Assembly (NCBI GenBank): GCA_965237415.1
Contig: CBDEFM010000002.1
Location: forward strand, 3,552,001 to 3,616,000
From: Alphaproteobacteria bacterium
GTDB taxonomy: Bacteria > Pseudomonadota > Alphaproteobacteria > UBA828
Direction of reading: 5' to 3'
DNA length: 64,000 bases
Shown here: piece by piece, positions 10,915 to 26,225 of the stretch
Position numbering within the stretch: the first letter of the stretch is position 1
Layout of the letters: every line of letters starts with the position of its first letter
Made by a program: the position numbers and the translations under genes
The notes under the pieces: model-generated
What the model saw: only the letters and a program-made list of their open reading frames with translations
What the model was told of the DNA's origin: nothing
Database searches by the model: none

Positions 10915-11021
10915 GTGCGTCTCTCCGCGCCGATTCAGCCCGGCGCTACGGTACACGCTCAGGCCCGCGCCAGCCCCCGTTCCTCTCGCGATTTTCTTGC
11001 GAAAATGGCCGCTGTTGCCGC

Positions 11022-11050
11022 TTGACGGTGGATAGGCGCGCCACTAGGAT
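11022..11050 (+). promoter_or_regulatory. Putative sigma70 promoter of the str operon
   Basis: TTGACG-17 bp-TAGGAT, ~180 bp upstream of rpsL. Confidence 0.6.
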
Positions 11051-11229
11051 GCGCCTCCTTCTTGCCGACGAGGCTGGTCGGCGCGCCTCCGGGCGCCCGC
11101 TGCTATGCCTTGTGTTCGAGAGTGATTCCGATGGGTCGGCGCAGGCCGGCGGCGGGGAAGCGGGCAGTTTCCGCTTGCCCCGGTCCACCTGCACGCGCCG
11201 CACTGCCTGTTGAACCGGGAACCGCCGCA

Positions 11230-11601
11230 ATGCCGACGATCAACCAACTGATTCGCAAGCCGCGCACGCCGCCCGCCGCACGCAACAAGGTGCCGGCGCT
11301 GCAGGCCTGCCCGCAGAAGCGCGGCGTGTGTACCCGGGTCTACACGACCACGCCGAAGAAGCCGAACTCGGCGCTGCGCAAGGTCGCGCGCGTTAGACTC
11401 ACCAACGGTTTCGAGGTGACGAGCTACATTCCCGGCGAGGGGCATAACCTTCAGGAGCACTCGGTGGTGATGATTCGCGGCGGCCGAGTAAAGGACCTGC
11501 CGGGCGTGCGCTACCACATCATTCGCGGCTCGCTCGACACCCAGGGCATCCAGGACCGCCGCCAGCGGCGCTCCAAATACGGCGCCAAGCGCCCGAAATA
11601 G
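11230..11601 (+). CDS. rpsL: 30S ribosomal protein S12
   Basis: [23 protein letters not shown]. Confidence 0.99.
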   Translation: MPTINQLIRKPRTPPAARNKVPALQACPQKRGVCTRVYTTTPKKPNSALRKVARVRLTNGFEVTSYIPGEGHNLQEHSVVMIRGGRVKDLPGVRYHIIRGSLDTQGIQDRRQRRSKYGAKRPK

Positions 11602-11622
11602 AGAAACAGAGGGAACTGCCCG

Positions 11623-12093
11623 GTGTCTCGCCGTCGCGCTGCAGAGCGTCGAACCGTCAATCCCGACCCCCGCCACGGGGATTTGGTGCTGGCGAAGTTC
11701 ATGAACTCCCTGATGCTCGACGGCAAGAAGTCCACTGCCGAGCGCATCGTCTATGGCGCCCTCGACCGGATTCGGGAGAAGACCGGTCAGGACCCGGTCA
11801 GGGTGTTCCACGAGGCGCTCGACAATGTGAAGCCCGCCGTCGAGGTGCGCTCCCGCCGCGTCGGCGGCGCCACCTACCAGGTGCCGACCGAGGTCCGGCC
11901 GGACCGTCGCCAGACGCTCGGGATCCGCTGGCTCATCGGCGCGACGCGCGGCCGCTCCGAGACGACGATGGTCGACCGGCTCAGCAACGAACTCCTCGAC
12001 GCCGCGGCCAACCGCGGCGTTACTGTCAAGAAGCGGGAAGACACCCACCGCATGGCCGAGGCCAACCGCGCTTTTTCGCACTACCGCTGGTAG
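11623..12093 (+). CDS. rpsG: 30S ribosomal protein S7
   Basis: [25 protein letters not shown]. Confidence 0.99.
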   Translation: MSRRRAAERRTVNPDPRHGDLVLAKFMNSLMLDGKKSTAERIVYGALDRIREKTGQDPVRVFHEALDNVKPAVEVRSRRVGGATYQVPTEVRPDRRQTLGIRWLIGATRGRSETTMVDRLSNELLDAAANRGVTVKKREDTHRMAEANRAFSHYRW

Positions 12094-12123
12094 GCGCAGG
12101 CGTTCGCGGACAAGAAAAAGATC

Positions 12124-14199
<2,076 letters not shown>

Positions 14200-14239
14200 T
14201 CGAGTGGCCGCGACCAAGACCTCCTGAGAGAGAGCACCG

Positions 14240-15431
<1,192 letters not shown>

Positions 15432-15466
15432 TCAAGGCGAGCAGGGGAAGGGGCCGGACAGGCACA

Positions 15467-15781
15467 ATGGCCATCGACAGCCAAAATATCAGGATCCGCC
15501 TCAAGGCGTTCGATCACCGCGTGCTCGACGCGTCGACGAGCGAGATCGTGAACACGGCCAAGCGTACCGGCGCGCAGGTGCGCGGCCCGATCCCGCTGCC
15601 GACCAGGATCGAGAAGTACACGGTGCTGCGCTCGCCCCATATCGACAAGAAGTCGCGTGAGCAGTTCGAGATCCGCACCCACAAGCGGCTTCTCGATATC
15701 GTCGATCCCACGCCGCAGACCGTCGATGCACTCATGAAGTTGGACCTCGCCGCCGGGGTCGACGTCGAGATCAGGTTGTAG
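15467..15781 (+). CDS. rpsJ: 30S ribosomal protein S10
   Basis: [23 protein letters not shown]. Confidence 0.99.
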   Translation: MAIDSQNIRIRLKAFDHRVLDASTSEIVNTAKRTGAQVRGPIPLPTRIEKYTVLRSPHIDKKSREQFEIRTHKRLLDIVDPTPQTVDALMKLDLAAGVDVEIRL

Positions 15782-15790
15782 GAGGGCGTT

Positions 15791-16591
15791 ATGGCAGGCC
15801 AGGCGGCAGCGCGCAGACGCACGGGGGTGATTACCGAGAAGCTCGGCATGTCGCGCGTCTTCAACGACGCCGGCGAGCATGTGCCGGTGACCGTGCTGCG
15901 CATCGAGAACTGCCAGGTTATTGCCCAGCGGACCCAGGGTCAGGGCGGCTATGTCGCCCTGCAGCTCGGCGCCGGCCGCGTCAAGGTCAAGAATACCTCC
16001 CGCGCCCTGCGCGGCCACTTCGCGAAGGCGCGGATCGAGCCCAAGCGCCATCTGATCGAATTCCGCGTCAGCGAGGATGCGCTCGTGGATGTGGGTGCCA
16101 CGCTCGGCGCCGACCACTTCGCTGCCGGGCAGTTCGTCGATGCGGTCGGCACCTCCATCGGCAAGGGCTTCGCCGGCGCGATGAAGCGGCACAACTTCAG
16201 CGGCCTGCGCGCGAGCCACGGCGTTTCCGTCTCGCACCGCTCCCACGGCTCGACCGGCCAGTGCCAGGATCCCGGCAAGGTGTTCAAGGGCAAGAAGATG
16301 GCGGGCCAACTCGGCAATGCGCGCGCGACCGTGCAGAACCTCGAGGTCGTGGCGACGGATGCGGCGCGAGGCCTGATCATGGTGAAGGGCGGCGTCCCCG
16401 GCCCGAAGGGCGGCGTCGTGCTTCTGTCGGATGCGAAGAAGCGCCGCCTGCCGGACGACGTTCCGTTCCCGGCGGGCCTCCTGGCGGAGCCTGAACCGGA
16501 GGTGGCTGAAGAGACTGCGCCCGCAGTTGAGGCGGCGGCGGAGAGCGGCGATGAAGATGCGGCCGACGGCGGTGAGGAGGAGTCCTCGTGA
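15791..16591 (+). CDS. rplC: 50S ribosomal protein L3
   Basis: [21 protein letters not shown]; acidic C-terminal tail. Confidence 0.98.
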   Translation: MAGQAAARRRTGVITEKLGMSRVFNDAGEHVPVTVLRIENCQVIAQRTQGQGGYVALQLGAGRVKVKNTSRALRGHFAKARIEPKRHLIEFRVSEDALVDVGATLGADHFAAGQFVDAVGTSIGKGFAGAMKRHNFSGLRASHGVSVSHRSHGSTGQCQDPGKVFKGKKMAGQLGNARATVQNLEVVATDAARGLIMVKGGVPGPKGGVVLLSDAKKRRLPDDVPFPAGLLAEPEPEVAEETAPAVEAAAESGDEDAADGGEEESS

Positions 16592-17208
16592 AGGTCGACG
16601 TCATCGACTTCGACGCCAAGCGCGTTGGCAAGATCGAGCTTGCCGACGAGGTGTTCGGCGTGGCCGTGCGGCCCGACCTGATGCACCGCACGGTACGCTG
16701 GCAGCTCGCGAAGCGGCGCGCCGGCACGCACAAGACCAAGTCGGTCGCGGAGATCCGTGGGTCCACGCGCAAGCCCTTCAAGCAGAAGGGCACGGGCCGC
16801 GCCCGCGCAGGCTCCCGCCGGGCGCCGCACCACCGGGGCGGCGTGGCGATATTCGGCCCTGTGCTGCGCGATCACGCTCACAAGCTGCCCAAGAAGGTCC
16901 GCAAGCTCGCGCTCAAGTCCGCGCTCTCCAGCAAGCAGGCCGACGGCAAGCTCTTGATCGTCGACTCCCTCGACCTCGACTCGGCCAAGACCCGTGTTCT
17001 TGCCGAGCGGCTCGCAGGTTTAGGCTGGTCGTCGGCGCTGATAATCGATGGCGACGAGATCGATAGCGGTTTCGCCAGAGCGGCTCGCAATCTGACCGGG
17101 GTTCAGGTGCTCCCCCAGATGGGCGCCAATGTCTACGACATCCTCCGCCGCGATCGCCTGGTGCTGACTCGCAAGGCGGTGGAAGACCTGCAGGCGCGGC
17201 TGACATGA
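16588..17208 (+). CDS. rplD: 50S ribosomal protein L4
   Basis: [15 protein letters not shown]. Confidence 0.98.
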   Translation: MKVDVIDFDAKRVGKIELADEVFGVAVRPDLMHRTVRWQLAKRRAGTHKTKSVAEIRGSTRKPFKQKGTGRARAGSRRAPHHRGGVAIFGPVLRDHAHKLPKKVRKLALKSALSSKQADGKLLIVDSLDLDSAKTRVLAERLAGLGWSSALIIDGDEIDSGFARAARNLTGVQVLPQMGANVYDILRRDRLVLTRKAVEDLQARLT

Positions 17209-17510
17209 GCACGGAACCCAAGGAGCGCTGGTACGACACGATCCTCGGTCCCGTGGTGACCGAGAAGTCGACCCAGGGCTCGGAACACAACCAGGTCACC
17301 TTCAAGGTGCGTACCGACGCAACCAAGCCGCAGATCAAGGAGGCCGTCGAAGGCCTGTTCGAGGTCAAGGTGCGGAAGGTCAACACGAGCCTGGTCAAGG
17401 GCAAGGTCAAGCGGGGCCGCGGCGGCCGGCTTGGCAAGCGCTCGGATTGGAAGAAGGCAACGGTATCGCTCGGCGAGGGCGATACGATCGACGTGATGAC
17501 CGGGCTTTAG
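17205..17510 (+). CDS. rplW: 50S ribosomal protein L23
   Basis: PVVTEKS, KVNT, WKKA. Confidence 0.97.
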   Translation: MSTEPKERWYDTILGPVVTEKSTQGSEHNQVTFKVRTDATKPQIKEAVEGLFEVKVRKVNTSLVKGKVKRGRGGRLGKRSDWKKATVSLGEGDTIDVMTGL

Positions 17511-17513
17511 GCA

Positions 17514-18341
17514 ATGGCTCTCAAGCACTTCAAGCCGACCACGCCAGGGCGCCGCCAGCTCATCCTGGTGGACCGCTCCGATCTCTGGAAGGGAAAGCCG
17601 GTCAAGGCGCTCACCGAGGGGCTCAGCCAGAAGGGTGGGCGCAACAGCGACGGCCGCATCACCATGCGCCACCGCGGCGGGGGCCACAAGCGCCGCTACC
17701 GCAACATCGACTTCAAGCGCCGCAAATTCGACGTGCCGGCGACGGTGGAGCGGCTCGAGTACGACCCCAACCGCTCGGCCTTCATCGCGCTGGTCCGCTA
17801 TGAAGACGGCGAGCAGGCTTACATCCTGGCCCCGCAGCGGGTCTCGCCGGGCGATAAGGTGGTCTCCGGCGATCGCTGCGACATCAAGCCCGGCAACGCG
17901 ATGCCGATGAGCAACATCCCCGTCGGCACCATCATCCATAACGTCGAGATGAAGCCGGGGAAGGGCGGCCAGATCGCACGCTCCGCCGGCAACTACGTGC
18001 AGCTGGTCGGCAAGGATCAGGGCTACGCCCTGCTCCGGTTGCCGTCCGGCGAGCAGCGGATGGTCCATGCCCGATGTATGGCCACCATCGGCGCGGTCTC
18101 CAACCCCGATAACCAGAACACCAATCAGGGCAAGGCGGGCCGGATGCGTTGGAGAGGTCGTCGGCCGTCGGTGCGTGGCGTCGCCATGAACCCGGTCGAC
18201 CATCCCCACGGCGGCGGCGAGGGGAAGTCCTCGGGCGGGCGACATCCGGTCACCCCCTGGGGCGTGCCGACCAAGGGCAAGCGCACGCGGAGCAACAAGC
18301 GAACCGACCGCTTCATCATGCGGCGTCGGGGCAAGAAATAG
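17514..18341 (+). CDS. rplB: 50S ribosomal protein L2
   Basis: [25 protein letters not shown]. Confidence 0.99.
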   Translation: MALKHFKPTTPGRRQLILVDRSDLWKGKPVKALTEGLSQKGGRNSDGRITMRHRGGGHKRRYRNIDFKRRKFDVPATVERLEYDPNRSAFIALVRYEDGEQAYILAPQRVSPGDKVVSGDRCDIKPGNAMPMSNIPVGTIIHNVEMKPGKGGQIARSAGNYVQLVGKDQGYALLRLPSGEQRMVHARCMATIGAVSNPDNQNTNQGKAGRMRWRGRRPSVRGVAMNPVDHPHGGGEGKSSGGRHPVTPWGVPTKGKRTRSNKRTDRFIMRRRGKK

Positions 18342-18356
18342 GGCGGGGGACAGTCG

Positions 18357-18635
18357 ATGGCGCGTTCCGTATGGAAGGGCCCCTTCGTCGACGGCTATCT
18401 TCTCAAGAAGGCCGAGCAGGCGCGGGCGAGCGGCCGCAAGGATATCATCCGCACGTGGTCGCGGCGATCCACGATCCTGCCGCAGTTCGTGGGCCTCACC
18501 TTTGGCGTCTACAACGGGCGCAAGTTCCTGCCGGTGCTGGTCAACGAGAACATGGTCGGCCACAAGTTCGGCGAGTTTTCGCCGACGCGGGTCTTCCACG
18601 GCCATGCCGGCGACAAGAGAGCACGGCGGGGCTGA
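18357..18635 (+). CDS. rpsS: 30S ribosomal protein S19
   Basis: [23 protein letters not shown]. Confidence 0.99.
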   Translation: MARSVWKGPFVDGYLLKKAEQARASGRKDIIRTWSRRSTILPQFVGLTFGVYNGRKFLPVLVNENMVGHKFGEFSPTRVFHGHAGDKRARRG

Positions 18636-18637
18636 CC

Positions 18638-19018
18638 ATGGGCAAGTTGGCACGTCCCCGGCGGCTGGGTGAGACCGAAGCCCAGGCCAAGATCCGGAAC
18701 CTCCGGATCAGCCCGCAGAAGCTCGGCCTGGTCACCGCGACCATACGAGGACGCCCGGTGGACGAGGCGCTCATCACGCTCGCCAACTCGCGCCGCCGCA
18801 TCGCCGGCGACGTGCGCAAGTGCCTGCAGTCGGCGATCGCGAACGCGGAGAACAATCACGAGCTGGACGTGGACCGGCTCGTCGTCGCCGATGCGGCAGT
18901 CGGCAAGGGACTGGTGATGAAGCGCTGGCGGCCGAGAGCCCGCGGGCGGGCCGGGCGCGTGATAAAGCCGTTCAGCCATCTCACCATCGTGGTGCGCGAA
19001 CGCGCGAAGGGGGCCTGA
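18638..19018 (+). CDS. rplV: 50S ribosomal protein L22
   Basis: [23 protein letters not shown]. Confidence 0.98.
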   Translation: MGKLARPRRLGETEAQAKIRNLRISPQKLGLVTATIRGRPVDEALITLANSRRRIAGDVRKCLQSAIANAENNHELDVDRLVVADAAVGKGLVMKRWRPRARGRAGRVIKPFSHLTIVVRERAKGA

Positions 19019-19695
19019 TGGGCCAGAAGGTCAATCCCGTCGGGCTGCGCCTCGGCATCAACCGTACCTGGGACTCGCGCTGGTATGCCGATGACGGCTA
19101 TGCCCAGCTGCTGCACGAGGATCTGCAGATCCGGCAATTCCTGTTCAAGCGGCTGAGCCAGGCGGGCATCGGGCGCATTGTCATCGAGCGCCCGGCCAAG
19201 AAGGCGCGCATCACCATCCACACCGCGCGGCCGGGCGTCGTGATCGGCAAGAAGGGTGCGGACATCGAGCGGCTCCGCACCGACGTCACCAAGATGACGC
19301 GGAGCGATGTCCACCTGAACATCGTCGAGATTCGCAAGCCCGAGATCGAGGCCAAGCTGGTGGCCGAGAATATCGCCCAGCAGCTGGTGCGTCGGGTGGC
19401 CTTTCGGCGCGCCATGAAGCGGGCGGTGCAATCGGCGATCAGGCTCGGCGCGCAAGGCATCCGCATCAACTGCGGCGGCCGGCTGGGCGGCGCTGAGATC
19501 GCGCGAACCGAGTGGTATCGCGAGGGCCGGGTCCCGCTCCACACGCTCAGGGCCGACGTCGATTTCGGGCTCGCCACGGCACGCACGGCCTACGGCACCT
19601 GCGGAGTCAAGGTCTGGGTGTTCAAGGGCGAGATCATGGCGCACGACCCCATGGCGCAGGACAAGCGCGCCATGGAGCAGGCCACGCCCCGCTAG
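19018..19695 (+). CDS. rpsC: 30S ribosomal protein S3
   Basis: [25 protein letters not shown]. Confidence 0.99.
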   Translation: MGQKVNPVGLRLGINRTWDSRWYADDGYAQLLHEDLQIRQFLFKRLSQAGIGRIVIERPAKKARITIHTARPGVVIGKKGADIERLRTDVTKMTRSDVHLNIVEIRKPEIEAKLVAENIAQQLVRRVAFRRAMKRAVQSAIRLGAQGIRINCGGRLGGAEIARTEWYREGRVPLHTLRADVDFGLATARTAYGTCGVKVWVFKGEIMAHDPMAQDKRAMEQATPR

Positions 19696-19716
19696 GGCCG
19701 GGACTGGAACCGGATC

Positions 19717-20139
19717 ATGCAGCAGCCGAAATCCACCAAGTACCGCAAGGCTCACAAGGGCCGGATCCATGGCAATGCCAAGGGCGGCACGCAGCTCAAT
19801 TTCGGTGCTTACGGACTGAAGGCGATCACGCCCGGCCGCATGACGGCGCGCGAGATCGAGGCCGGGCGGCGTACCATCACCCGGCACATGAAGCGTGCCG
19901 GCAAGATCTGGATCCGCGTGTTCCCGGACGTGCCTGTTTCCACCAAGCCTGCCGAGGTGCGGATGGGCAAGGGCAAGGGCGCGCCGGAATACTGGGTCGC
20001 GCGGGTCAAGCCCGGGCGCATCATGTTCGAGGTCGACGGTGTGCCGCGCGCGGTGGCGGAAGAGGCGTTCCGGCGTGCGTCCGCAAAGTTCAGGGTGCGC
20101 ACCAAGCTGATCACGCGGCTCGGCGAAGGGGCGTCGTGA
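19717..20139 (+). CDS. rplP: 50S ribosomal protein L16
   Basis: [12 protein letters not shown]. Confidence 0.99.
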   Translation: MQQPKSTKYRKAHKGRIHGNAKGGTQLNFGAYGLKAITPGRMTAREIEAGRRTITRHMKRAGKIWIRVFPDVPVSTKPAEVRMGKGKGAPEYWVARVKPGRIMFEVDGVPRAVAEEAFRRASAKFRVRTKLITRLGEGAS

Positions 20140-20345
20140 TGAACGGCGTGGAAATCCGCCTCAAGACCGACGACGAGCTCAAGACGATGCTGCTCGCGTT
20201 GAAGAAGGAGGCGTTCAACCTGCGCTTCCGGCGGGCGTCCGGCCAGCTGGAGAATACCGCGCGCATGCGCGCCGTCAGACGCAACGTGGCCCGCATCAAG
20301 ACGATCGTCGCAGAGCGCAGGCGCGCTGCCGGCGGCGAGGCCTGA
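20139..20345 (+). CDS. rpmC: 50S ribosomal protein L29
   Basis: [25 protein letters not shown]. Confidence 0.97.
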   Translation: MNGVEIRLKTDDELKTMLLALKKEAFNLRFRRASGQLENTARMRAVRRNVARIKTIVAERRRAAGGEA

Positions 20346-20376
20346 GGGTGAGAGCGATGGGTGAAGGAGAGCTGAC

Positions 20377-20625
20377 ATGCCGCGCCGTGTGATGCGGGGC
20401 ACCGTGGTCGGCGACAAGGCGGACAAGACCGTCGTCGTGCGGGTCGACCGCCGCGTCATGCACCCGCTCTACAAGAAGGTCGTGCGCCGCTCCAAGCGCT
20501 ACGCCGCGCATGACGACGGCAACAAGCACAAGGTCGGCGATATCGTGCAGATTCGCGAGTGTGCCCCCATCTCCAAGAGTAAGCGCTGGATCGTGTTCGA
20601 CGATGCCGGCGCCGAGCAGCACTGA
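20377..20625 (+). CDS. rpsQ: 30S ribosomal protein S17
   Basis: [22 protein letters not shown]. Confidence 0.98.
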   Translation: MPRRVMRGTVVGDKADKTVVVRVDRRVMHPLYKKVVRRSKRYAAHDDGNKHKVGDIVQIRECAPISKSKRWIVFDDAGAEQH

Positions 20626-20658
20626 ACGTCACGGCAGGCAGCGGAAGGGTCGGGTACC

Positions 20659-21027
20659 ATGATTCAGATGCAGACAAATCTGGACGTCGCCGACAATTCC
20701 GGTGCCAGGCGCGTGCAGTGCGTGAAGGTGCTCGGTGGCTCGAAGCGCAGGACCGCCTCGGTCGGCGACACGATCGTCGTCACCGTCAAGGAGGCAATCC
20801 CGCGCGGCAAGGTGCGCAAGGGCGAGCTTCACCGCGCCGTCATCGTGCGGACCGCGAAAGAGATCCGGCGCCCGGATGGCAGCGCGATCCGCTTCGACCG
20901 CAATGCGGCTGTGCTCATCACCGCCCAGGGAGAGCCGATCGGGACCCGCATCTTTGGGCCGGTGACCCGCGAGCTCCGTCAGCGCCAGTACATGAAAATC
21001 ATCTCACTCGCGCCCGAGGTGTTGTGA
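20659..21027 (+). CDS. rplN: 50S ribosomal protein L14
   Basis: [23 protein letters not shown]. Confidence 0.99.
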   Translation: MIQMQTNLDVADNSGARRVQCVKVLGGSKRRTASVGDTIVVTVKEAIPRGKVRKGELHRAVIVRTAKEIRRPDGSAIRFDRNAAVLITAQGEPIGTRIFGPVTRELRQRQYMKIISLAPEVL

Positions 21028-21033
21028 GCCGCC

Positions 21034-21357
21034 ATGCGCAAGCGAAAGATACGCAAGGATGACGAGGTCATCGTCCTCACCGGGCGAGACAAGGGTAAGC
21101 GCGGCGCCGTGCTGAGAGTGGTGACCAAGACCGACCGTGTGCTCATCGAGGGCGTCAACGTGACCAAACGCCACGTCAAGCCGACCCAGGCCGATCCGCA
21201 GGGCGGCATCGTCCAGCGGGAGGCGCCGATCCACATCTCGAACGTGGCGCTGATCGATCCCGAAAGCGACCGGCCCACCCGTGTTCGCTACAAGAGGCTC
21301 GCGGACGGGCGCAAGGTGCGTGTCGCGGCCCGCTCGGGGGAAGTGATCGATGTCTGA
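21034..21357 (+). CDS. rplX: 50S ribosomal protein L24
   Basis: [17 protein letters not shown]. Confidence 0.98.
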   Translation: MRKRKIRKDDEVIVLTGRDKGKRGAVLRVVTKTDRVLIEGVNVTKRHVKPTQADPQGGIVQREAPIHISNVALIDPESDRPTRVRYKRLADGRKVRVAARSGEVIDV

Positions 21358-21946
21358 GACGAACGGCCAGTCGAACGCTGGGGCAAACGGCGAGTCGAAC
21401 GGGCAGAGCCGGCTCAGGCTGCTCTACGAGAGCGAGATCAGGGCCCAGCTGATAGAGCAGTTCGGCTACACCAATCTCATGCAGGCGCCCAAGCTCGAGA
21501 AGATCGTTCTCAACATGGGCGTGGGCGAAGGGGTGACCGACAACAAGAAGATCGAAGCCGCAGTTCAGAACATGACCCTGATCGCGGGCCAGAAGCCGAT
21601 CATCACCAAGGCGCGCAAGTCTATCGCCGCGTTCAAGGTGCGCACCGGCATGCAGGTCGGCTGCAAGACGACGCTCCGCCGCGAGAGGATGTACGAGTTC
21701 CTTGACCGGCTGATCACAATTGCGCTGCCCCGGGTGCGCGACTTTCGCGGCCTTTCCGGGCGCGCGTTCGACGGCCGGGGCAACTATGCGCTAGGCCTCA
21801 AGGAGCAGATCGTCTTTCCCGAAATCGACTACGACAAGGTCGATCAGGTGCGGGGTATGAATGTCGTCATTTGCACGACGGCGAGGACCGATGATGAGGG
21901 CCGCGCGCTGCTTGCCGGCTTTCAGATGCCGTTCGTCGGCCAGTGA
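21350..21946 (+). CDS. rplE: 50S ribosomal protein L5
   Basis: [26 protein letters not shown]. Confidence 0.98.
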   Translation: MSETNGQSNAGANGESNGQSRLRLLYESEIRAQLIEQFGYTNLMQAPKLEKIVLNMGVGEGVTDNKKIEAAVQNMTLIAGQKPIITKARKSIAAFKVRTGMQVGCKTTLRRERMYEFLDRLITIALPRVRDFRGLSGRAFDGRGNYALGLKEQIVFPEIDYDKVDQVRGMNVVICTTARTDDEGRALLAGFQMPFVGQ

Positions 21947-21969
21947 GCGCGGAGGAGCCGGGCTGAAAG

Positions 21970-22275
21970 ATGGCGAAGAAGAGCACGATCGAGAAGAACA
22001 AGCGGCGCCAGCAGATGGCGAAGCGGGATGCGGCCAAGCGGGCAGATCTGCGCGCCATCGTGCGCGACCGCTCGCTCCCGGCGGAGGAACGCTTCGCGGC
22101 GCAGCTCAAGCTCGCGCAGCTGCCGCGCAACGGGGCGCAGGTCCGGGTGCGGAACCGCTGTGGGCTGACCGGCCGGCCGCGCGGCAACTACCGCAAGTTC
22201 GGGCTGTCGCGTATTGCACTCCGGGAGCTCGCCTCGGCGGGGCAGGTGCCCGGTATGGTGAAATCGAGCTGGTGA
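21970..22275 (+). CDS. rpsN: 30S ribosomal protein S14
   Basis: [16 protein letters not shown]; 101-aa form. Confidence 0.98.
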   Translation: MAKKSTIEKNKRRQQMAKRDAAKRADLRAIVRDRSLPAEERFAAQLKLAQLPRNGAQVRVRNRCGLTGRPRGNYRKFGLSRIALRELASAGQVPGMVKSSW

Positions 22276-22285
22276 GGCGCACGCC

Positions 22286-22681
22286 ATGATGACCGATCCT
22301 CTGGCGGACATGCTGACCCGTATTCGCAACGGGCAGCAGGCACGCAAGACCTCCGTCATGTCGCCGGCGTCCAAGCTGCGCGGTTCCGTGCTCGATGCTC
22401 TCGAGCGCGAGGGCTTCATCCGCGGCTACGCGGCAGCGGAATCGGATACCGGCAAGCCGGCGTTCTCGATCGAGCTGAAATACCATGAAGGCCGGCCGGT
22501 GATCGCCGAGCTTCAGCGGATATCGAAGCCAGGGCGGCGGGTCTATTCAGGCATTAAGGGCCTGCCCCGGTACTACGGCGGACTAGGGATTTCCATTCTC
22601 TCAACGCCGCGCGGCGTGCTCTCCGACAATGAGGCGCGCAAGCAGAATGTCGGCGGCGAAGTGCTCTGCCGGGTGTTCTGA
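22286..22681 (+). CDS. rpsH: 30S ribosomal protein S8
   Basis: [26 protein letters not shown]. Confidence 0.99.
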   Translation: MMTDPLADMLTRIRNGQQARKTSVMSPASKLRGSVLDALEREGFIRGYAAAESDTGKPAFSIELKYHEGRPVIAELQRISKPGRRVYSGIKGLPRYYGGLGISILSTPRGVLSDNEARKQNVGGEVLCRVF

Positions 22682-22682
22682 G

Positions 22683-23216
22683 ATGTCTCGCGTCGGCAAG
22701 AATCCGGTCCCCATCCCCGAAGGCGTCGAGGTGACCATCGACGGCGCGGCGGTCTCTGTGAGCGGCAAGCTGGGCCGCCTCGAAGCCACCATCGCGCCGG
22801 AGGTGAGCGCCGCGCTCGACAACGGCCAGGTCTCCGTCACGCCGCTGGGCGAGAGCAAGCGCGCCCGCCAGATGTGGGGGCTGACCCGGAGCGTGATCAA
22901 CAGCATGGTCGTGGGTGTGAGCCAGGGCTTCCACAAGAACCTGCAGATCGAGGGTGTCGGCTACCGGGCCGCGGTCGAGGGCCGCACGCTCACGCTCGAT
23001 CTCGGCTACAGCCACAGGGTGCGCTACCCGATTCCCGATGGCATCGAGGTCACGTGCGAACGGCCGACGGCGATCAGGGTCGCCGGTTCCGACCGCCAGG
23101 CGGTCGGCCAGGTCGCCGCCGAGATTCGTGCCTTCCGCAAGCCCGAGCCCTACAAAGGCAAGGGCATTCGCTATGTCGGCGAATACGTCCGGCGCAAAGA
23201 GGGCAAGAAGAAGTAG
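22683..23216 (+). CDS. rplF: 50S ribosomal protein L6
   Basis: [20 protein letters not shown]. Confidence 0.99.
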   Translation: MSRVGKNPVPIPEGVEVTIDGAAVSVSGKLGRLEATIAPEVSAALDNGQVSVTPLGESKRARQMWGLTRSVINSMVVGVSQGFHKNLQIEGVGYRAAVEGRTLTLDLGYSHRVRYPIPDGIEVTCERPTAIRVAGSDRQAVGQVAAEIRAFRKPEPYKGKGIRYVGEYVRRKEGKKK

Positions 23217-23218
23217 CA

Positions 23219-23569
23219 ATGAGCAGGAGCGATTTCGATAAGCGGAAGCAGCGGGTTCGCTTCCGGCTGCGCACCGCCGGCGCCGGCAGGCCGCGACTCA
23301 CGGTCTTCCGCTCCAACCGCCACATTTACGCCCAACTCATCGACGATAGAGAGAGCAGGACCGTGGCCGCCGCATCGACGGTGGAGAGCGCGCTGCGCAG
23401 CGAGAGCGGAGCAGACCGCGCGGCCGCGGGACGCGTCGGCACGCTCATCGCCGAGCGCGCGCTAGCGGCCGGTCACAAGGAGGTCATCTTCGACCGTGGC
23501 GGGTATCAGTATCACGGGCGTGTGAAATCGCTTGCCGAGGCGGCCCGCGAAGGCGGCCTCTCTTTCTAG
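23219..23569 (+). CDS. rplR: 50S ribosomal protein L18
   Basis: [28 protein letters not shown]. Confidence 0.98.
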   Translation: MSRSDFDKRKQRVRFRLRTAGAGRPRLTVFRSNRHIYAQLIDDRESRTVAAASTVESALRSESGADRAAAGRVGTLIAERALAAGHKEVIFDRGGYQYHGRVKSLAEAAREGGLSF

Positions 23570-23584
23570 GGGGAAGAGCCCGAT

Positions 23585-24157
23585 ATGGCACGACCATCCA
23601 TGAACAGGGACCGCGGCGGCCGCGGGCGGGAGCGCGAAGAGCCCGAACTGCTGGACAAGCTTGTCAGCATCAACCGCGTCGCCAAGGTGGTGAAGGGCGG
23701 GCGGCGGTTCGGCTTCTCGGCGCTCGTCGTCGTCGGCGACCAGCGCGGGCGCGTGGGCGGCGGCTCGGGCAAGGCGCGCGAGGTGCCGGAGGCGATCCGC
23801 AAGGCCACCGAGCAGGCCAGGCGCCGCATGGTTCGCGTGCCGCTACGCGAGGGGCGGACGCTGCACCATGACGTGCACGGCCGCTTCGGGGCAGGCAAGG
23901 TGATTATCCGCGCTGCACCGCCTGGCACCGGGATCATCGCCGGCGGCCCGATGCGTGCCGTGTTCGAGATGCTGGGCGTGAAGGACGTGGTCGCCAAGTC
24001 GGTGGGATCGTCGAACCCGCAGAACATGGTCAAGGCGACCTTCGATGCGCTCGGGCGCTGCTACTCTCCCCGCGCCGTCGCCGCCAAGCGCAATCGCACG
24101 GTGAGCCAGATCTTCGGCCAGGACGAGTCCGCCAAGGAGCGGACGGGGCAGGAATAG
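23585..24157 (+). CDS. rpsE: 30S ribosomal protein S5
   Basis: [22 protein letters not shown]. Confidence 0.99.
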   Translation: MARPSMNRDRGGRGREREEPELLDKLVSINRVAKVVKGGRRFGFSALVVVGDQRGRVGGGSGKAREVPEAIRKATEQARRRMVRVPLREGRTLHHDVHGRFGAGKVIIRAAPPGTGIIAGGPMRAVFEMLGVKDVVAKSVGSSNPQNMVKATFDALGRCYSPRAVAAKRNRTVSQIFGQDESAKERTGQE

Positions 24158-24160
24158 GCC

Positions 24161-24373
24161 ATGGCTGGGAGCAAGGCGTCGGCTCAAGTGCGGGTCACCC
24201 AGATCGGCAGCCCGATCGGCCGGCCGGCGGATCAGCGCGCGACCCTGGTCGGCCTCGGCCTCAACAAGATGCACCGCAGCCGCGTGCTTGAAGATACGCC
24301 TGCCGTGCGCGGCATGATTGACAAGATTTCGCACCTCGTGCGGGCCGAGGCGGTGGACGCGGAGGCGGAGTGA
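24161..24373 (+). CDS. rpmD: 50S ribosomal protein L30
   Basis: [24 protein letters not shown]. Confidence 0.97.
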   Translation: MAGSKASAQVRVTQIGSPIGRPADQRATLVGLGLNKMHRSRVLEDTPAVRGMIDKISHLVRAEAVDAEAE

Positions 24374-24876
24374 TGAGGCTGAACGAACTCGCCGACCGCG
24401 CCGGTGCGGCCAAGAAGGGCCGCAGGCTCGGGCGCGGCATCGGCTCCGGTCGCGGCAAGACTTCGGGGCGCGGCCACAAGGGCCAGAAGTCGCGAGCCGG
24501 CGTCGCCATCAAGGGATTCGAGGGCGGCCAGATGCCGCTCTACCGGCGGCTGCCCAAGCGGGGCTTCACCAATGCCCGCTTCCGCAAGACCTTCGAGACA
24601 GTGAACATCGGCCGCCTGCAGGAGGCGATCGAGCGGGGGCGGCTCGACGCAGGCGCGCCCGTGACCGAAGCCGCGCTGGCCGCTGCCGGGCTCACGCGCG
24701 GGCGGCACGGCGTGCGCCTTCTGGCCAAGGGGCGGATCGAGAGCGCCGTCATCGTCGAGGTGACCGGCGCGTCGAAGGCCGCCATCGCTGCGGTCGAGGC
24801 GGCCGGCGGCTCGGTGGCCCTCAGCGCGCCGGCCAAGGCCGAAACAACGGCCGAGGAAACGGCAAAGGACGCCTGA
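24373..24876 (+). CDS. rplO: 50S ribosomal protein L15
   Basis: [31 protein letters not shown]. Confidence 0.98.
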   Translation: MRLNELADRAGAAKKGRRLGRGIGSGRGKTSGRGHKGQKSRAGVAIKGFEGGQMPLYRRLPKRGFTNARFRKTFETVNIGRLQEAIERGRLDAGAPVTEAALAAAGLTRGRHGVRLLAKGRIESAVIVEVTGASKAAIAAVEAAGGSVALSAPAKAETTAEETAKDA

Positions 24877-24881
24877 CGAAC

Positions 24882-26225
24882 GTGGCTTCGGCAGCCGAAC
24901 AACTCGCTGCGAACCTCAATTTCGGGGCCTTCGCCAAGGCGAAGGAGCTTCAGAAGCGCCTGCTCTTCACGCTCGGCGCCCTGATCATCTACCGGCTGGG
25001 TACCTACATCCCGATCCCCGGGATCGACCCGGTGGTGCTCGACGAGGTGTTCCAGCAGCAGGCCGGCGGTATCCTCGGCATGTTCAACATGTTCGCCGGC
25101 GGCGCGCTCGGGCGCATGACGATCTTCGCGCTCAACATCATGCCGTACATCTCGGCGGCGATCATCATTCAGCTGATGACGACGGTCTCGCCGCATCTCG
25201 CCCAGCTCAAGAAGGAAGGCGAGGCCGGGCGCAAGAAGATCAATCAGTACACCCGCTACGGCACCGTCTTCCTCGCCGCGCTGCAGGCCTTCGGCATCTC
25301 CTCAGGCCTCGAGGGCTATAGCGGCCAGGGCGGCGATCTGGTGCTGGATCCGGGCGGCTTCTTCCGCTTGACCACGGTGGTAACTCTGACCGGCGGCACG
25401 ATCTTCTTGATGTGGCTCGGCGAACAAATTACCGCCAGAGGGGTCGGCAACGGCATCTCGCTCATCATCTTCGCCGGCATCGTGGCGGAGTTGCCGGGCG
25501 CGCTCGCGAGCACGCTGGAGCTCGGCCGCACCGGTGCGATCTCCGCAGTCGTGATCATCGCGCTCTTCGTCATGGCGGTCTCCGTCATTGGTTTCATCGT
25601 CTTCATCGAGCGGGCGCAGCGACGAATCGTCGTGCAATATCCCAAACGCCAGGTGGGGCGGCGGATGTTCGGCGGTGAAAGCACCCATCTGCCGTTGAAG
25701 GTCAACACCGCCGGGGTGATCCCGCCGATCTTTGCAAGCTCGATCCTGCTGCTGCCGATCACCGCGCTCAGCATCAACGCGGGCTCCGGGCCCGAGTGGC
25801 TGACGGCGGTGACGAGCTATCTCGGCCGCGGCCAGCCCATCTACATAATCATCTATGCGGCGGCGATCATCTTCTTCACGTTCTTCTACACCTCCGTCAT
25901 CTTCAATCCGGAAGATACGGCCGACAATTTGAAGAAGAACGGCGGCTTTATACCCGGAGTCCGTCCGGGCAAGAACACGGCGGAATATCTCGACTATGTG
26001 CTGACCCGCTTGACCTTCTGGGGCGCGCTCTATCTCACTTCCGTGAGCCTCTTGCCCGAGCTTCTGATTTCGCAATATGCGGTGCCATTCTATTTCGGGG
26101 GTACGAGTCTGCTCATCGTCGTCACCGTCACCATGGATACGGTGGGGCAAATCCAGTCCCATCTGCTCGCGCATCAATACGAAGGACTGATCAAGAAGGC
26201 GAAGCTGAGGGGGAGCCGGCGTTGA
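24882..26225 (+). CDS. secY: Preprotein translocase SecY
   Basis: GTG start; IFALNIMPYIS, GNGISLIIFAGI, GGFIPGVRPG, FGGTSLLI. Confidence 0.98.
   Translation: MASAAEQLAANLNFGAFAKAKELQKRLLFTLGALIIYRLGTYIPIPGIDPVVLDEVFQQQAGGILGMFNMFAGGALGRMTIFALNIMPYISAAIIIQLMTTVSPHLAQLKKEGEAGRKKINQYTRYGTVFLAALQAFGISSGLEGYSGQGGDLVLDPGGFFRLTTVVTLTGGTIFLMWLGEQITARGVGNGISLIIFAGIVAELPGALASTLELGRTGAISAVVIIALFVMAVSVIGFIVFIERAQRRIVVQYPKRQVGRRMFGGESTHLPLKVNTAGVIPPIFASSILLLPITALSINAGSGPEWLTAVTSYLGRGQPIYIIIYAAAIIFFTFFYTSVIFNPEDTADNLKKNGGFIPGVRPGKNTAEYLDYVLTRLTFWGALYLTSVSLLPELLISQYAVPFYFGGTSLLIVVTVTMDTVGQIQSHLLAHQYEGLIKKAKLRGSRR

Noticed and set aside
21350-21410. NGQSN/NGESN repeat at the L5 N-terminus
   Set aside because: A short low-complexity extension with no evidence of function
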